DNA from: Azolla caroliniana
Lineage: Eukaryota; Plantae; Polypodiophyta
DNA length: 64,000 nucleotides
Assembly (NCBI GenBank): GCA_043228905.1
Contig: JBHGNT010000020.1
Coordinates: 4,154,001-4,218,000, forward strand
Direction: 5' to 3'
In this document: one piece after another, positions 24,393 through 38,029 of the stretch
How the letters are laid out: the number at the start of each line of letters is the position of its first letter
Position numbering within the stretch: position 1 is the stretch's first letter
Notes under the pieces: model-generated
What the model was told of the DNA's origin: nothing
The model's database searches: none
What the model saw: the letters and a program-made list of their open reading frames with translations, nothing else
Made by a program: the position numbers and the translations under genes

Positions 24393-27300
24393 TGTTAGAG
24401 TTATGATCTAAAGTAAGCCATATGATACAGATAAAAGATAGATAGATAGATAGAAAGGAGAGAGAGAAATAAGGGTGCCGATCCACCCGACCACCCCCGA
24501 GCGAAGGGATCGAGACGGACTCGAGCCTCGAGCCTCGATCGGTGTCCCATACCACCAGCGTGGCGTCGAGTCGTACCTGGTGTTGGCGCACTCGCTACAA
24601 GAGTTGACTCACCACGAAACAGAGTCTCAACGTAGTAAAGATCTCATCAAATGAGGGTAGTTAGGCCTCATATTTATAGCGATACTCAAGGCCCCCAAGC
24701 AAGTTCACACTTAGCCTAATGGGTTGTCTCAATCCTGAGGATTAAAAATAATCCTCCCCTTCTTTACACTCTCATTTAACCCTCACACTTATTCACATGT
24801 AAAGAATACTATGGTAAATTCTCACCACAGGATATTATATGGTCATGCCCGTAACATACTCCCCCCCTCTTTCAAACATTGTACTCTTGTAATGGAAAGT
24901 TAGTTCTAAGAGTATTTTCGTGTTCCCATGTGGCATCTTTGATACATTTATCCATCCATTTAATTTTATATTCTTAGATTATTTTAGTATGCAAATTTTT
25001 TGTTTTAACATCGAGAATTCTTTCTGGTACTTGTGGTTTAGAAGATAATTCTTTAGAACTAACCAGAGTTTCAGTTGTAACTGTATTATCGCCAGAACCT
25101 AGAAGTTCTTTTAAACGACTTACATGAAAAACTGGATGAATTTCAGCGCCATCGGGAAGAGCGAGACGATAGGCTGATGAACCAATGCGTTTGAGGACTT
25201 GAAAAGGTCCACAAAACCGTGGGGCTAACTTAGCGCACTTACCCGTAGACAATGTCTTAAAATTGTGAGGTACATGTAAAAATACCTTATGTCTAGGGTT
25301 GAATACACGAGGTTGCCTATTATGATCGATGTAAAAACGCACTCTATGTTGAGCTATTTTTATATTATCTCGTGTAATATGCAACATATCTTGCATATCC
25401 CAAAGAAAGTTTTGCGTACTTCACAACTCATCATGATGTATATTAACATCAATTGAGGCTCGTGGTTGAAAACCATACATCAACATAAAAGGACTATATC
25501 TCGTCGACGTATGCTTGGAGCTGTTATAAGCAAACTCCAAATTTGGGAGATAACGTTCCCATTTTGTTAGTTTTGCACCAACGTATGCTTGAAGCATTCC
25601 TCAATAATTTGATTTACTCGTTCTATTTCCCTGCTCAATGTAGTTTCTAACTTCTTAAAGACCCATGTTCAGAAGTTAGTAGTGAACTTTGGATCTTGAT
25701 CACTCACGATATCCATCGATAACCCATAAAAACGAAATAACTCATCAACGAATTAGTAAAAGCCAATTTAGGAGTTGTTACCGTGATTTTAGTAGCAATA
25801 AATCTAGCCATTTTAGTTAGTCTATCAACCACAACCCATATGACATCATGGCCTTTTTGGGTGCGAGGAAGGCTAACAATAAAATCCATGGATATATTTT
25901 CCCACTTATTATTGGGAATGTCCAAGGGATGTAAAAGTCCAACGGCTTTAAGTCACTCGACTTTCCCTATTGAGGGTGCATCATGGAATTAAAAAAGAAT
26001 TCTCTTTTTGACCTCATGCAAATCTGGAACACAAACCGTCTCATTACGGTAGAGCAGACCGTTAGCAATGTGGAAGAATTCCTTTGAGGATGTGGTGGTG
26101 TATGTTCCAAATTCAACTTTTGCCCAGTATTTTGCAATAACTGTCATCCAGATACTTTCCTCGAAGGTGATTATAAAGATCTGATGTTATTTCAGTGAAG
26201 CTAAGCATGTTAACTTCACTGATGCGACTTAATGCATCAGTGATAGTGTTCATGGAGCCTTTACGATATCGTATGTAAAAATTAAAGTCCTGGATGAAAT
26301 CAACCCATTATGCCTTACGACCTTTCAGGTCTTGTTGGTCACAAAAATATTTCAAGGACTCGTGGTCCGTAGTTACCACAAAACGATTTCCATAAAGATA
26401 ATGGTGCCATGTTTTGAGCGCATGTATAATTGCAAATAACTCATTTTCTTAAACGGTATACCGACATTGAGTAGAATCAAGTTTCTTACTCTCAAATGCT
26501 ATTGGTTTACCGTCTTGATATAAAACAACACCTATAGCATAATCGCTTGCATTGGTTTTAACCTCAAAAGGTTTTGAAGGATCAGGTAAAAGAAACGAAG
26601 GAGCCTTGCATACCAGGTCCTTGAGTTCCTTAAACTGGGAGTAATTACGAAGGGATTTTCGCAAAAACTCGACAAAACCAAGGAATGATCGAACTTCTCG
26701 AATATTTCAAAGAGTGGGGCAAGGGATATGAATTCTTGATCGTTACTTTATTCAAGCGTCGGTAATTAATACACATGTGCCATGTGCCCTCTTTCTTTTT
26801 TACCAAGAGAACAGGTGCACCCCATGGACATTTACTATAATGTATATAACCCATTTGTGAATAGTCCTTGAGTTGCTTAGATACCTCATCCTCTTCGGAT
26901 CGACTTAAGCGATAAGGGGGTATAATTATTGGTGCAACACCAGGTACAATATCTATACGATGGTCTATATTACGTTTAGGAGGTAACCCATGTGGTAGTT
27001 CACTTGGAAAAACATCATGAAAATCATTTAAGATTTTATCGAGTTGTTGTTCAAAATATGTCAATTGACCTGAGACGTTCGGATCAAGTACACAATAAAA
27101 TAAAGAAGAAAAAGACAACTCAGATATAGATGGAGAGGAAATAATCGAAAGGGATTGTTTATTTACACATTGAATAAAATGAGTACAATTGTTTAGTACA
27201 AAGGAAATGGAATGAAGAACCCAATCAATAGACAAAGTCAAGAGTTTTTATTATAAAACAAGGGATAACCTAATATTATATCAATGGTACAAAGATTCAT

Positions 27301-29050
27301 TACATGGAAGTCTACTTCCTCTACGTAAGTATCAATAGAAATTATTAATGAATGAATCGCCCCGTTGATATATTGTACTCTTCCATCAGTCAAGTGCACC
27401 CTATAGGTGTGATCACTTACGATGTCGCGGAAATTCGTGTGTGCATGTCGGATAGGACGAGACCACGAGGGTCTTGGACTAGGGAGTAAGAGGAGGGAGA
27501 GAAGCTTGGGAGTTCAACCAAGAAGGAAGAGAAAGATTAAGATTCAAGAGAATAATATCTAAACAAGACAATATACATTATGGAAAGCATTGCACCAATT
27601 ACAATCATGGTCGTGTAGGCCGAATGTAAAACGAGATCCTAAAACCCAAAATTCCGAAACCCTAATGGCAACCCAAAGAAACCCAAAAAGTGCAAGCCCC
27701 TCAAAAATGACCCCTCACTCCCTTTTATAGTAGTGAGGGGTGAGGCACATTACATAAAGAAGTGGTCAACCCCCCTTTCTTTCAATGGGGGAATATTCGC
27801 CTTGATCTTAGGAGAGATTGATGGAGCCTTAACTCCCTCTCCTCACACACACACTATGCCCACTACTCACTACACCCGTACTTCATGTACTCTTCCTTTA
27901 GTCTACATGTGCATGTGCACATAAGTGCACATCACATTTACATTTCATGAATTCTCTCCTCACACACACACTATGCCCACTACTCACTACACCCGTACTT
28001 CATGTACTCTCCCTTTAGTCTACATGTGCATGTGCACATAAGTGCACATCACATTTACACTTCATGAATTTTCGCAGTGCACTTTTAACACCTTACATTT
28101 ACCCTTCCTTTTTTACATTTGTTTCTTTAACAAATCTTCCAAGTGCATGCACATCCCCATTTGATCCATCCCACTTGGTTTTCTTACCATGGCCTAAAAT
28201 CCTCACGGCAACGGTGAGTTGGATTCCTCATATCTTAACCAAACGATCATTCACAAAGTTGTGTGAGCTTCCCGAATCAAATAAAAATTGTACGGGAGAT
28301 CCATAGATATACCCGTTTGCACGTAGTAAATCATTGGGTTTCAATACATAATTTGGGAAAGAACATTGACAATTACTTAAATGATGTGTATAGACCCCAA
28401 GGACATTAGGAATCTGACCTTTATGGTTTGCAACTTTTGTTTTGTTGTCGTGCTCTTTTCGTTGGAGCTTTTGACATTGTTCTTTTGTATGACCCTTCTT
28501 TTTGTAGAATATGTAAAAAGGATGTTGTCGCTTACAATCGCGATCCATGAATTCGTTGGGTGTCTTGCGTTTCCCAACGAATTGCGACTGCTTCGTCCCG
28601 GGCGCTTCATTGGGTTTGTTATGGTCCTTCTTTGAAGTGCGTTGATAGCGAAGAACTATTTCAACAGCCTCTTCGAAGGATTTTGGATCCTTATCGTGCA
28701 CTATCCAGTGATAGTCCGAATTAGGGATGCCATTGACAAAACAAGCTATTAACCAATTGTCCCCTTCTAGACCCGATTTTTGGATTTGGGTTCTAGCATT
28801 GTGAACATAGTCTTCTCACGGGGAAAACATCTTGCTAGAGAGGTTCATTAAAGCTTGTGTTGCCTCGGTTCGAGAGGGAGGTTGCATAAATTGGCCCTAA
28901 AAACTGTGATAAAATTTGTATAGGTATCGAGCAATTTCCCCAAAGTTTGGAGCCCATGCCATCAAGCGGCGACCTTACCCCCTAGTTCTCGGTCGACATA
29001 TGCAATCTTCGTACTATCTGGCGTGGGATAGAGCTCAAAATGAGACTCCT
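24393..29050 (-). mobile_element. Gypsy chromovirus, 5'-truncated and decayed (gag, protease, RT with deleted core, RNase H, integrase, chromodomain, PPT, 3' LTR 24393-24856)
   Basis: Protease FLFDSGSSHNFV; RT start [22 protein letters not shown]; RNase H FEVKTNASDYAIG; integrase [13 protein letters not shown] and KLAPRFCGPF; chromodomain PERILD...IKWMDKCIKDATWE; PPT 24857-24870. Confidence 0.9.
27423..28210 (-). mobile_element. Solo LTR related to the Trp-primed family, 4-bp TSD ACGA/ACGG, with an internal ~120-bp tandem duplication
   Basis: TGTCGCG...CACGGCA. Shares an ACCAC..GGTCTTGGAC motif with the LTRs at 1713 and 61454. Removal restores host protease GIQLT|VSDH. Duplication 27841-27960 / 27961-28075. 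Confidence 0.8.
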
Positions 29051-29084
29051 ATCGGCCCCCATCCACGTGTAGGTTTGTGTTTCG

Positions 29085-29310
29085 ATTCCCAATGAGGACC
29101 ACACATGGTCGCTCATTCCTGTTGGTGTTCATGTCTTCGATGAGGACCGCACATGGTCACGCTCACGCTCGTCGGTGTTCGTGCCTTCGATGAGGACCAT
29201 ACGTGATCGCTCAAGCCCGTTGGTGCTTCAATTGCCGATAAGGACCATGTGATGCATGGTCGCTCACATTCACTTGTGTTCTATTCTCTGGTGAGGACCA
29301 CACATGATCA
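29085..29310 (+). repeat. Degenerate ~50-bp tandem repeat
   Basis: About five units containing GAGGACCA(C/T)..ATG(G/A)TC(G/A)C. Confidence 0.75.
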
Positions 29311-29380
29311 GGCACTCCTCAACCTACTCCAGTTTTCTCTTTTACCTCAACCCTACACCACGCTTTCGAAAAGGCGGTCT

Positions 29381-29914
29381 TAAAGGGGAGGATAATGTCA
29401 CAGACAAGACAACAATCATGTCAAGATTCAAACTCTTCACCTCTTGTATATAATCAAGTATTATATTCTAACCAACGCATTCAAATACACGGTCATGTTC
29501 TTTCTATGTTAGTAGATTATTAGTAGATTATCTATTCCAAGTTCTAAGAGTTTTTAGAAGCTTCCAAAAAGCTCAAGAAGCTTCTGCATGAAAATGGGTT
29601 GATGCATGGAACTACATGTAGAGGCCACAAACATGTATAAATACTTGTAACTTCCTTGATCCCTTTGAAGGGATTCAACACCAGTCATTGACACATCAAT
29701 CTAGTATTCTTGTTTAGCCCCATCTTCTCTTCTTGATTTACATCTCTGTCTTTATGCTCTTGTATTGTTCCTAGTGTCTTAAGTTCCTCATCTCATCGCA
29801 CCCAACTTCTCGAGTTTCTAGCCTCATCACGTCGAGTTCCACGTTCGTAACCTTATCGGTCGTAGCCTTGTCATCTGTGCTTTGTTGTAGTCTAGCGTTG
29901 GTGTGTCCATGACA
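29381..29914 (+). mobile_element. PPT and 3' LTR (29396-29914) of a Tcn1-like chromovirus
   Basis: AAAGGGGAGGATAA followed by TGTCA...TGACA; TATAAA near 29636; layout resembles LTRs 36531 and 55132. Confidence 0.7.
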
Positions 29915-30218
29915 CCTTGGTCCAAATCACGCATTGCCAGGGACATCTCGACGCTATAAGGAGTTCAAGCGGCAAGATAACTTACTTTTCTAGAAGAATC
30001 TCCTTTATGTCCCCGATGGATCACCACGCCTTCGAGTGTTGGAGCGTTGTCATGATGCCCGTATGGGTGGAAACTTTGGTATTGCCAAGACCATGAAACT
30101 AGTGAAGCAATCATTTTGGTGTTGCCTCATTTACAACAATTTGTTGAAGATTATGTTCGCACATGTGGCACATGCTGTCGAGCCAAAATGCCTAAGCATC
30201 ATCCTTATGGGTTATTAC

Positions 30219-33200
30219 TATCGAGAAATCGATGCGGAATAGATCACAATAAACGAACTACGCGCTGAAATACGAATCACAAAAATGCCAGAAAAACAAG
30301 ACACACAACAGTGCATAGAGATTTACGTGGAAACCCTAAAACGGGGAAAACCACGGGTGAACATATTTCTTCAATTTTGTATATACAACATCGAGAGGAA
30401 TACAACACTTTGTCGAGTGTATCAGCCGCACAAGGCTCTTCGCGTCTGCTGTTACTCACACAACTATGGCATGGCTCACACTTCTCTCTCTTACACTCTC
30501 ACTCGTTCTCTTACTCTGTTCGTCTCACTAACACACACACTAAAAGTTTGCCCTAGTTGCATATATACTTACGCAATTTTCTGGTTATTTACATACGTAG
30601 CCCTCGTGGAGCGCACACTTAGACTATTTACAAGTATAGTCTCCCAAGTTGGCTATTTACACGATTCCGGTTTCGGCCTCGACCGATAAACTCGGCTCCT
30701 CGATTGTCAGCTTTCTGGATGGTCGGATCTTCTTCGCAATGGAGGGACATATCCCAACAAACTCCCCCTTCACTCCTATGGGAGGAAATCTGTCAGTCAT
30801 GTATTCTCTCGACAGACTTTGAGTCTGTCCAAAGGTAGGTTCTTCGTCAGCATGTCGGATCCATTTTCGTTAGTATGGATCTTCTCAAGAGCAAATTCTC
30901 CTTCTTCGACTCTCTCTCGTAACCAGTGATACCTTCTCTGTATGTGCTTGGTCTGGGAGTGATATGCCGCATTCTTGGCTAGGTGTATGGCGCTTTGGCT
31001 ATCACAATGCCTAATTCGGTGAGAAAATTTCTCATCCAGATAAGCTCTTTTCCGGCCTCTACCGTTGCCATATACTCTGCCTTTGTAGTCGATAAGGCTA
31101 TGTCAAACTTTTGCAGTCGTGACTACCATGACACTACTCCCCCTACATAGGTCATCACGTACCCTAACGTGGATCGGTTCGAGTCGACATCTCCTGACAT
31201 GTTCGAAACGGTAAAACCTTCCAACACAGGTTTTCCAACACCATACCTTAGGCACACCCCCGAGGTGCCCTTTAAGTACCTAAGTATCCATTTCACTGCT
31301 GCCTAGTGTTCTCTCCCTGGATTACTCATATATCGGCTTACTACTCCCACAACAAATGTTATGTCCAGTCTCGTACAGACCATAGCATACATTAGACTGC
31401 TGACTATTGAGGCATATGGTACCTTCTTCATCTCAGTCTTTTCCTTCTACCCTTTCGGACCCTACTTTGCATTCAATCTATAGTTTGTTGGCAACACTGA
31501 GCTGACTGGCTTTGCATTCTACATGTTGAACCTCTCTAGGATCTTCGTCACATACTTCTGTTGTGACAACCATAGCACCTTCCAAGCTTTGTCTCGAGTT
31601 ATGTGCATTCCTAGGATTTGCTTCACCGGTCCAAGGTCTTTCATGGCAAAGGATTTGCCGAGAGCTTTCTTCAAGCTTCCAATCTTCCTTGCATCTTGAC
31701 TGACTATCAACATATCATCAACATATAGCAAGAGAATCAAGAAATCTCCTTCCTCTTACCTTTTGACAAACACACAATGATCGGCCTGTGTTTTCTAGAA
31801 CCGATGTTCCATCATGAAGGACTCGAATTTCTTGTACCATTGGCATGGAGCTTGTTTCAATCCGTACAAGCTTTTCCTCAGTCGACACACCAGGTTCTCT
31901 TTCCCTTTCTCCTCAAAGCCTTCGGGTTGCTGCATGTAGATTTCTTCTTCTAGCTCCTAATGCAAAAATGCGGTTTTGACATCCAACTGTTTGATCTCTA
32001 GATCCATGTTGGCCGCTATGCTCAGAACAGTTTGTATGGATGTCATCTTCATGACTGGTGCGAATATTTCGTCAAAGTTGACACCCTTCCTTTGTTGGAA
32101 ACCCTTCACCACTATGTGGGCTTTATACCTGGGCTCGTTGTCGACTTCTCTAGTCTTGACCCTGTAGACCCATTTATTCATGAGTGCTCTCTTATCTTTT
32201 AGCAGCTCTACTAGGTCATAGGTGTAATTCGCGTGCAAGGATTCCATCTCCTCTTGCATCGCGTTCAGTCATTTTTCTCTGCTCTCATCGGCAATGGCTT
32301 CTTCATAGCACTCCGGTTCACCGTCATCAGTCAAGAGGATGTATTGAGTGGCATATGTAATCGGTGCCTTCCTTTCTCTGAGTGGGTACCTTCGTCCACT
32401 CGTTGTTGGCTCTCTTCTGGATGTCTCTACCAACTCTTCTCTTTGCTCTAGATTCTGCTCATCAATCGGCATCTCTAGGTTGGACAACTCCAACTCATAT
32501 TCCTCAATTGATTTTAGTAGGTTTGTCGACTATGACTCATAGTCTGTCGGTCTTTCCGAGTTAACCGACTCAGATTCGGCTCTGTCGGCCAGCTGTCTCG
32601 TTACAACTATCGGTGACGACTCACTTGGCCTTAAGTCGATGGTAGTTGAGGTTGACTGGGGAGTTGGTTCCGACTTCTGTTGCTTCCAGTCTTCAATTGT
32701 CTTGTCTTCTAGAAAGACTACATCCCGACTTCTCACTATCTTCTTGTTGACTAAGTCCCACAACTTGTAGCTGAACTCATCTTCTGAGTATCCCATGAAT
32801 ATGCATGCTTTCGATTTGCTGTCGAGCTTTGACCTCTGATCCTTTGGTACATGCATATACGCCAAACATCCAAACACCTTCAGATGTTGATAAGAGACAT
32901 CCTTAGTTGTCCACACCCTTTGTGGGACATCACCCTTTAATGGTACTGAGGGAGACCTGTTGATCAGATAGACAGTTTTGTACATCGCCTCAACCCAATA
33001 GGATTTCGGTAGTTTCGCATGAGAGAGCATGCTCCGCACTCTCTCCATGATCATTCGATTCATCCTCTCTACTAGCTCGTTCAACTCTGGGGTCTTTGGT
33101 ACTATGTATTTGATTCGAATACCTTGGCACTTGCAGTATTCTTCAAACTGCCCTTTATATTCACCATCGTTGCCGGTTTGAACAACCTTTAGTTTCCGAC

Positions 33201-35408
33201 CCGACTCTCTTTTAGTTCTTGCATGGAACTCCTGGAAAACTGACAGTACTTGATCCTTTGACTTCAGAACGAAGGCCCATGTCTTCCGACTATAGTCATC
33301 AATAAACATTAAAAAGTATTGTCCTCCTCGATGCGATGGAGCATCCACATAGCACACATCCGTGTGCTCTAGTTCCAGTGCAGCTTCTCTTCTCCGCGGT
33401 GGTCTCGAGTGCAATGCCGCCCTGTTCTGCTTTCCGGCTAAGTAGTCGACACACTTCTCCAGGTGCACTCCCTTGACTTCTCGTAGAAGTTTCTAGTTGG
33501 CTAACAGGTGCATTCCCTTCTCACTCATGTGGCCTAGCCTCTTATGCCATATCTTCCCTGCCGAGTCAACTGCCACGTTTACTTTCGATTTGCACAATCG
33601 GGCATGCATCATGTACAATGTGCCTTCTTTCTGTGCTCGGGCCACTATGAGATTTCCTCCGCAGAACTTCCACTTGCCATTCCAAAAACTACCACTATAG
33701 CCTTCGTTGTCAAGCCTTCCAGTTGATATAAGATTCAATCTGATATCGGGGACGTGTGAAACATCCTTCAATGTCTATCGACACCCTGTCGACGTCGTCA
33801 AGCAGACACTTTCGACTCCGGTTATCTTGCACTCTCCACTATCACCCATCTTTACAAAGCCATGATCCCCATCTATGTAAGTCGAGAAGTACTCTCTCGA
33901 CGGAGTAATATGGAAGGATGCGCTAGAATCAATCACCCAAGTGCACTCTTCGCTTGCAAGGTTTGCACTTGTCTATTCACAGATGAACATGAGTTCCTCA
34001 TTGCTCGTAGCAATGGCCGAAGTGTTCTTTTCATCCGGAATTTTCTGGGGTTCAACATTATTTCTAACACTCTTGTCTTTTCTCATGTGTCGGAAGTCCT
34101 TCTGGAAGTGTCCAGATTTTCCGCAATAAAAGCACACAGGCTTACCTTTGAACTTCGATCTGGCGCGGGATTTGTCTGTTCGTTGTAGACTTCTTCTTCG
34201 TCGGTCTCTTCCTTTGTCCATATGTGGAGTCAGATTCGACTCCGTTTGGGACAGGACTCCTTTGTCTTTCCTCCTTGCCTCCTCGTTTAGGATGCTTGTC
34301 TTTACCGTCTATAAAGACAAGTTCTCTTCTTGATAGGAGGTGTTGAGAGTAACCACCAGGTTCTCCCAGCTTTCCGGCAGTGTACACATCAACAGGATGG
34401 CCTGCATTGCATCATTCAGGGGAAACTTGGTCGCAACAAGTTGATTTACATACCCCATAAATGTGTTGATGTGTTTGAAGATGCTCTCGCCGTCTCTGTA
34501 TTTCAGCCGTACGATTTTTCTCATTAGCGAGGTTTTGTTTAGCACGTTCTTCCTCTCATACAGACCCGACAGCTTCTGCCACATCTCATAAGCATTTGTC
34601 TCGTTCGCCACATGCTGAAGGACACTTACATCGACACATTGTTGGATAGTAGCCATGGCCTTTCTGTTTAGGAGCTTCCAATCCGACTCCAATACCCCCT
34701 TGGGTATTTCAGCTCTGTTGATTGGCTCATACAGGTCTTTTACTATGAGAAGGTCTTCCATCTTTATCTTCCAATCTGCATAGTTCTGTGAGTTCATACC
34801 TGGGAAACCGCTAACGCCTCCTTCCATGTTTGCACCTCAAGCTCTAATACCAATTTGTCGAGAAATCGATGCGGAATAGATCACAATAAACGAACTACGC
34901 GATGAAATACGAATCACAGAAATGCTAGAAAAACAAGACACACAACAGTGCACAGAGATTTACGTGGAAACCCTAAAACGGGGAAAACCACGGGTGAACA
35001 GATTTCTTCACTATACAAAGTGGATATACAACACCAAGAGGAATACAACACTCTGTCGAGTGTATTAGCCGCACAGGGCTCTTCGCATTTGTTGTTACTC
35101 ACACAACTATGGCGCGACTCACACTTCTCTCTCTTACACTCTCACTCGTTCTCTTACTCTGTTCGTCTCACTAACACACACACTAAAAGTTTGCCCTAGT
35201 TGCATATATGCTTACGCAACTTTCTGGTTATTTACATACTTAGCCCTCGTGGAGCGCACACTTAGACTATTTACAAGTATAGTCTCCCGAGTTGGCTATT
35301 TACACGATACTGATTTTGGCCTCGGTCGTCCCTCATCAACTCTGCTCCTCGACTATCGGCTTTCCGGACGGTCGGATCTTCCTCCCACTAGAGGGACATA
35401 TCCCAACA
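30219..35408 (-). mobile_element. Full-length but pseudogenised Ty1/Copia element (~5.2 kb; LTRs 30219-30759 and 34856-35408)
   Basis: Two similar LTRs; TSD ATTAC/GTTAC; PBS TGGTATTAGAGC at 34841-34852; gag ATG at 34827; knuckle CFYCGKSGHFQKD; integrase HTDVC...FIDDYSR; RT QLDVKTAFLH and LLYVDDML; RNase H; PPT at 30760. Many in-frame stops. Confidence 0.95.
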
Positions 35409-36670
35409 GTTACAACCATTGACGACTCCGAGCAAGCCATGGTAGTCAATTTTTATGGATTTCATTACAGATCTGCCACCTTCATAGGGTTTTGATGCTA
35501 TTTTAACCGTAGTGGATCAATTTACCAAGATGACACATTTTTTGCCCTGCGTAAAGAGCATCAGTAGTCAAGAAATAGCAGATATTATTATGCGTGAAGT
35601 ATTTCGCCATCATGGTTTTCCAAACGACATAATTAGTGATTGTGGTCCACAATTAATCTCTCACTTTTGGAAGCATCTATGTAATGGGCTCTGAATCTCT
35701 TGCAAACTCTCTTCAGGATATCATCCCAAAACTGATGGCCTAACAGAGCACACAAATTAAACACTTGAGCAGTATCTTCGATGTTTCATCAATTATCAAC
35801 AAGATGATTGGAGTCATATATTGCATCTTGCAGAGTTTGCATACAATAACACCATACACTCTTCTACCAAGGTCACACCTTTCTATGCCTATATTGGCAA
35901 TCATCCTCGATGGTGTCTCTTGGACATTCCAGTGATCTCACCAAACCCTAGTGCGGAGCAGCACCTCCAGTCCGAGTTGTCTTCACATCTTCAGAAAGCT
36001 CAAGCCCAACATAAGGCCCACGCAAATCGACGTCATCTTCCGTCTCTATTCAAGATTGGTGATCAGGTATGGTTGTTACGCCATCACATAAAGACTACTC
36101 GACCATGTGATAAGCTAGATTATAAACGATTAGGTTCTTTTGTCATCACGGAGCGGATTATTGATGCAACATTCCGCCTTGATCTTCCTGCAAATTTGCG
36201 GCTTCATCTAGTCTTTCACATCTGTCTTTTGGAACCTTGCCACACTAGCTCAATTCCCAATCGTGTCGTGTCACCGCCACCTCCTCTCCAACTTGTTGAT
36301 GGCCTAGAGTACGAGGTAGCCTCCATTCTCGATTCTAAGATTGTGCGCAATAAGTTGTATTACCTAGTTGATTGGCTAGGCTATACCTCGACCTATCGCA
36401 CATGGGAACTTGTTGATAATGTTTGTAATGCTCAAGCTCTTATCGACGACTTCCATCGTCACTATCCCAACAAACCCGGTCCTGCATTGTTAACAACTCC
36501 TTCCATTCATCGTTTTAAGAGGAGGGATAGTGTCATGCAGCCGCGAACATTATGCTTCACCTGGACTTGAACCCAAGGCTTCGTATTACGAAATTCGAAG
36601 CCTAACCATTAAGGTAACCTATCAGGACATGAATGATAAAGGCTACTTTTCATAGTGATTATTATATCAG

Positions 36671-36752
36671 AGAAACTTCTGGAACATTCTAGAACATTCT
36701 AGAAATATTCTAGAACATCCTAGAATATTCTAGGTTCAGAACATTCTAGAAA
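36671..36752 (+). promoter_or_regulatory. Heat-shock-element array in LTR U3
   Basis: Seven contiguous alternating pentamers aGAAa cTTCt gGAAc aTTCt aGAAc aTTCt aGAAa (36671-36705) plus further units, upstream of TATAAATA (~36777). Confidence 0.7.
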
Positions 36753-36977
36753 TCTCTAAGTTATTCTATAGAAACCTATAAATAGAGACAAATAGATCAT
36801 ATCAAATCAGTTCGAATCAACACCAGTCTTCAGCTCCAAGCCTACCTTGTATCCAACTCATCCTTGTACTCATTCTATTCTAATAAATCCACTCTTCTCT
36901 TATCAATCCATTCTCCTCTCTTCTTCTATTCTCTTATACCTTCCTTCAATCCTTCAATCTCTTGCTTTGGTCTGACA

Positions 36978-38029
36978 CTACGTGGATGACATGCTACTCT
37001 CTAGTCAACATGCTGGAGAGCTCACCGAACTCATTCGGCAACTGCGGTTGATGTTCGCCATGAAGGACCTTGGTTTGGCAAGACACATTTTAGGGATGAA
37101 GATAAGTCAACTTCGGAATCAACGACAATTGTTTCTGTCGTAAGCCGATTATGTCACTCCTGTCTTGGTACATTTCAACATGCAATCGGCCAAATCTACT
37201 TCGACCCCACTCGCAATTAGCCTTCATCTATCTTAGAAGGACTACCCAACATCCAATCCGAAGGGGGAAATTTTGAGTTCAGTGCCATACGCATCGACTG
37301 TTGTCTCCTTAATGTATGCGATGGTCGCAACACGGCCAGACTTAGCCCATGTCGTAGGAGTCATCAGTAGATTAATGCACAATCTCGATTGATTTCATTG
37401 GAACAGAGTAAAGCATGTGTTTAGATACCTCATGGGCACCAAAGACTATGGCCTCCTATTCGACCCGAATGATACTTCAGCATAGCCGACTCGACTTTAG
37501 ACCCTCCGATTGGGATTCCCTTGCGGACTAGTTGATTCGACTCTAACTCTTCCGGTCGTGGCCGACTTGGCCTTTTGTTCCCTGATGTTGTTGATTTGGA
37601 CAAAAGCCAACTTGTTCGACAACCCTTTGTATAAGTTTTTGTTGTATATGCCCATTACGGGGAAGTGTCGAATACAGGAAATAATGGACATATTCACATT
37701 GTCCTATTTGGACATACTAGGTTTTAGGCTATTTATGTAAACAATGGAAAGGGTAGTTGCCCTAAGTATATTGATATTTAAACTTACTCTTGTAACCTAG
37801 TTGAAAAGGGTTGTTCATCTCGTATATTGTTTTGTTGTAACTTTGAGAATAATACAGTTACATCTTGTTGTGCCTAATCTTTCTCTTCTCACTATTACTT
37901 TCATTGCTTGATCTTGTCTCTTGATTAACATGGTTTTACTCTTAAAATCTATTATAGTTTGCTATCTACTTGAGATCTTCATAGGAAGAGTGTTTATTCT
38001 TGTTCTACACCTGACGGTTGGTTCCAACA
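36978..38029 (+). mobile_element. Ty1/Copia RT C-half, PPT and 3' LTR (37666-~38029); RNase H apparently deleted
   Basis: YVDDMLLS...FAMKDLG...VPYAS...LMYAMVATRPDL...VKHVFRYL; CGGGGAAG then TGTCGAAT, an LTR of the same family as 1015-1303 and 60407-60708. Confidence 0.8.

Larger units (their letters stand above)
29915..36977 (+). mobile_element. Tcn1-like chromovirus 3' half (integrase, chromodomain, PPT, 3' LTR 36531-36977), split by a Copia insertion
   Basis: Integrase LERCHDARMGGNFG...HPYGL|LQPL...MDFITDLP...YHPKTDG; chromodomain EYEVASILDSKIVRNKLYYLVDWLGY. Its LTR abuts a Copia RT at (V/I)YVDDM. Confidence 0.88.

Noticed and set aside
3395-24856. Near-identical LTRs flanking UBP24 as a gene-capturing element
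   Set aside because: The PBS lies left of the first LTR and the PPT right of the second, so the interval between them is outside both elements.
29085-29310. CRISPR-like repeat/spacer pattern
   Set aside because: Eukaryotic context, the intervening segments resemble each other, and there are no cas genes; this is a degenerate tandem repeat.
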